From contig CAVXEU010000003.1 of NCBI GenBank assembly GCA_963760915.1, forward strand, positions 266,370 through 330,369: a stretch of 64,000 nucleotides of DNA, read 5' to 3'. Made by a program: the position numbers and the translations under genes. The notes under the pieces were generated by a model. The model saw only the letters and a program-made list of their open reading frames with translations, had not been told where the DNA came from and searched no databases. This DNA comes from an uncultured Bacteroidales bacterium. GTDB taxonomy: Bacteria; Bacteroidota; Bacteroidia; Bacteroidales; VadinHA17. This document shows positions 61,850 through 64,000 of the stretch, piece after piece (position 1 is the stretch's first letter; each line of letters starts with the position of its first letter).

Positions 61850-63481
61850 ATGAAAAAGTATTTAATTTTAATTATGACTGTTGTCTTGTCGGGAGGTGAA
61901 TTATTCAGTCAGGCTGACCTGCTTACAAGAGCAGAAAGATCGGAGTTTAAATCCACATCAGACTATAAGGATGTAACAGACTTTATTGAAAGGTTAAAAA
62001 TAATATCTCCCTTTGTCAGGGTTGAAAGTATGGCGACATCAATTGAGGGCCGGACTTTACCACTTATGATAATTGGCAACCCTTTGCCAAAATCACCTGA
62101 AGATCTGGTTAATGACAAGAGGATTGTTGTTTATGTTCAGGCAAATATTCATGGGGGTGAGGTGGAAGGTAAAGAGGCAACATTGATGTATGCAAGAGAT
62201 ATTCTTAAAGATAAAAATCCTGAGATTCTTAAAAATATAGTGCTTCTGATATGCCCCCTGTTTAATCCGGATGGTAATGAGAAAATCAGCCCCCTTAACA
62301 GGACAAACCAGAATGGACCTGTGAATGGCGTTGGAGTGAGATATAATGGTCAGTTTCTTGATCTTAACCGTGATGGGATGAAAGCTGAGTCACCTGAAGT
62401 TAAAGGTCTGTTATCTAAAGTCTTTACCCGCTGGGATCCTTCTGTCTTTATGGATTGCCACACAACAGATGGTTCCTATCATGTTGAACCTGTGACTTTT
62501 ACATGGATGGTTAACCCTGACGGTGATAATTCCTTAATAACATACATGCGTGATAAAATGATGCCTGAAATGTCGAAAATCTTATCATCAAAATATAAAG
62601 TTGAAAACTGTTTCTATGGAGAGTTCATAGATATGATGGATCCGGATAAGGGTTGGATTTACGATGCTTCCGAACCGAGGTATATAAGTAACTATGCCGG
62701 GATCAGAAACAGGTTGGGCATTCTGAATGAGAATTATGTCTATGCTGATTTCAGATCACGGGTTTATGGTTGTTATTATCTTATTCATTCCCTGCTTGAT
62801 TATGCTTCGACTCATAATTCTGAAATTAAAAACATGATTCATGAGGTTGATAAAAGGACAGTAGCACGTGGCACAAAACCTGCCATAACCGATTCGTTTG
62901 CAATTGAGTATAAGGTAAAACCGGCGCCTGATAAGGTAACTGTTAGAACCTTTGAGGCAGACCTGGTTACCAATGCCAATGGAAGAAGAAGTTATAAGAA
63001 AAGCGACCGGCAAAGAGATGTTACTATACCATATTATATTGATTATTATCCAACTAAAAGTGTCAGGTTCCCATATGCTTATCTTCTGACAGTCAGAGAC
63101 CCGGAGATTTTAAATCTGTTGAAACTGCATGGTGTGAAGTTAGAAAAGCTGACCAGTAGTTCCTTAATTAATGTAGAACGTTTTGAGATCGATAGTCTTA
63201 AAGGAACTGAGAGATTGAATCAGGGGCATTACACAAATTCAATAAGCGGCAGATATATCGACAGAGCAGTTGAATTTCCGGAAGGAACGATAGTAATAAG
63301 AACAGCCCAGGCAATGGCAAATGTAGCTGCATATTTACTGGAACCTCAATCTAATGACGGTTTGGTGACCTGGAACTTTTTTGACCGGTATCTTGTGCCT
63401 CAGTGGGGAACGGGATTTAATCCTTACCCGGTATACAGGGTGATAAACAAAACAGATATGAAAACCGTTGAATTGAACTAG
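61850..63481 (+). CDS. Secreted M14-family zinc carboxypeptidase
   Basis: The ORF has a signal peptide. QANIHGGEVEGKEA (HxxE zinc motif), LDLNRD and DCHTTDG fit the M14 metal and substrate-binding positions. Confidence 0.8.
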   Translation: MKKYLILIMTVVLSGGELFSQADLLTRAERSEFKSTSDYKDVTDFIERLKIISPFVRVESMATSIEGRTLPLMIIGNPLPKSPEDLVNDKRIVVYVQANIHGGEVEGKEATLMYARDILKDKNPEILKNIVLLICPLFNPDGNEKISPLNRTNQNGPVNGVGVRYNGQFLDLNRDGMKAESPEVKGLLSKVFTRWDPSVFMDCHTTDGSYHVEPVTFTWMVNPDGDNSLITYMRDKMMPEMSKILSSKYKVENCFYGEFIDMMDPDKGWIYDASEPRYISNYAGIRNRLGILNENYVYADFRSRVYGCYYLIHSLLDYASTHNSEIKNMIHEVDKRTVARGTKPAITDSFAIEYKVKPAPDKVTVRTFEADLVTNANGRRSYKKSDRQRDVTIPYYIDYYPTKSVRFPYAYLLTVRDPEILNLLKLHGVKLEKLTSSSLINVERFEIDSLKGTERLNQGHYTNSISGRYIDRAVEFPEGTIVIRTAQAMANVAAYLLEPQSNDGLVTWNFFDRYLVPQWGTGFNPYPVYRVINKTDMKTVELN

Positions 63482-63848
63482 ATTAAGAAAATCATGGTGA
63501 GTAACTTTTCTCGGGGATAGGATCACGTTTAGGGTAGTGATAATCGTACAGTACATTAAATCCGTTATTCTTTGCACTTTTAGCCAATGCTGCGTTGTTG
63601 AGCACCAATTGTATATTCCGGAGCTGACAAACCTTAATGTTTAAAAACGATGAAAGTAATTAATAATGGTATACCATTCTTTGAGGTAATCCGCTTTTTT
63701 TAATAACTTATTTGTCCATATGACTTAACCGGCAGAATGTATTAAGTCTCATTCTTATAGGGGAAATTCATGTAATATTAATAACCTTGTTAAAAACACT
63801 TTTTTTTCAGACCTTTGCGGACTGTTTAATTTAGGAAAATTTGCAATT

Positions 63849-64000
63849 ATGAGAAAATGGCGAGTGGAAGATTCTGCTGAATTATATAACATAAATGGAT
63901 GGGGTGTGGATTATTTTTCCATTAACCAGAAAGGAAATGTGATAGTTACCCCCCAGAAAAATGGTATTTCAGTAGATCTGAAAGATCTTCTGGATGAACT
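63849..64000 (+). CDS. speA: Biosynthetic arginine decarboxylase, first ~50 codons (continues beyond window)
   Basis: I translated it myself: MRKWRVEDSAELYNINGWGVDYFSINQKGNVIVTPQKNGISVDLKDLLDE. This resembles the conserved SpeA N-terminus (W..edS..lYni.gWG..yF.in..G.v.v.P). Confidence 0.7.
   Translation, partial: MRKWRVEDSAELYNINGWGVDYFSINQKGNVIVTPQKNGISVDLKDLLDE

Noticed and set aside
63665-63678. Perfect 14-bp palindrome AATGGTATACCATT upstream of speA, as a possible operator.
   Set aside because: About four perfect 14-bp palindromes are expected by chance in 64 kb at uniform composition, and more in AT-rich DNA. I recognise no matching family motif.
1-64000. Search for tRNA, rRNA, known riboswitches, CRISPR-Cas, toxin-antitoxin, restriction-modification, retron or DGR, prophage or integrase modules.
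   Set aside because: I found none by eye. The only mobile element is the IS1380-family copy. A covariance-model scan (Infernal/Rfam, tRNAscan-SE) would be needed to exclude small structured RNAs.

Overview
This window looks like chromosomal DNA from an anaerobic member of the Bacteroidota. Supporting signs are SusC-type CarboxypepD_reg domains, ECF sigma/anti-sigma pairs, many MacB/FtsX-type permease paralogs, TAnnTTTG-like -7 boxes and weak Shine-Dalgarno signals. It is densely coding, with about 40 credible CDS, and is mostly housekeeping or core metabolism.

Main gene content:
- Nucleotide and general functions: PhoH and PurC.
- Redox and nitrogen: an Hnd-type NAD(P)H-linked [FeFe] hydrogenase operon (4 genes), split transhydrogenase PntAA/PntAB/PntB, glutamate synthase GltBD, and Zwf/Pgl.
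- Other single genes: a YgiQ radical-SAM protein, a cold-shock protein, and the start of arginine decarboxylase.
- Peptidases, at unusually high density: PepT, two M14, DPP-IV/S9, an M28 fused to two PPIase domains, aminopeptidase P/M24B, and M64.
- Envelope functions: two ECF sigma modules, a patatin-Omp85 protein, a triple-LysM protein, two orphan FtsX permeases, and a GH127/146-like glycosidase.

One complete IS1380-family insertion sequence is present, with inverted repeats and a 4-bp target duplication. I saw no rRNA, tRNA, CRISPR, prophage or recognisable defence system, and I cannot point to a clearly new multi-gene system.

The most unexplained signals are non-coding or architectural:
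1. A perfect-phase array of 14 x 21-bp units plus (AAACTTC)x3 directly upstream of pntA.
2. A tandem Rex-like operator at the hydrogenase promoter region.
3. An intrinsic-terminator-like hairpin inside the gltB leader.
4. An intergenic element with three mutually exclusive hairpin options.
5. An M28 peptidase-cyclophilin-FKBP triple fusion.
6. A zinc-ribbon membrane protein plus HxxxD acyltransferase pair. Its conserved-looking N-terminus lies upstream of any canonical start codon.

All functional calls come from reading motifs by eye. No database search was possible.
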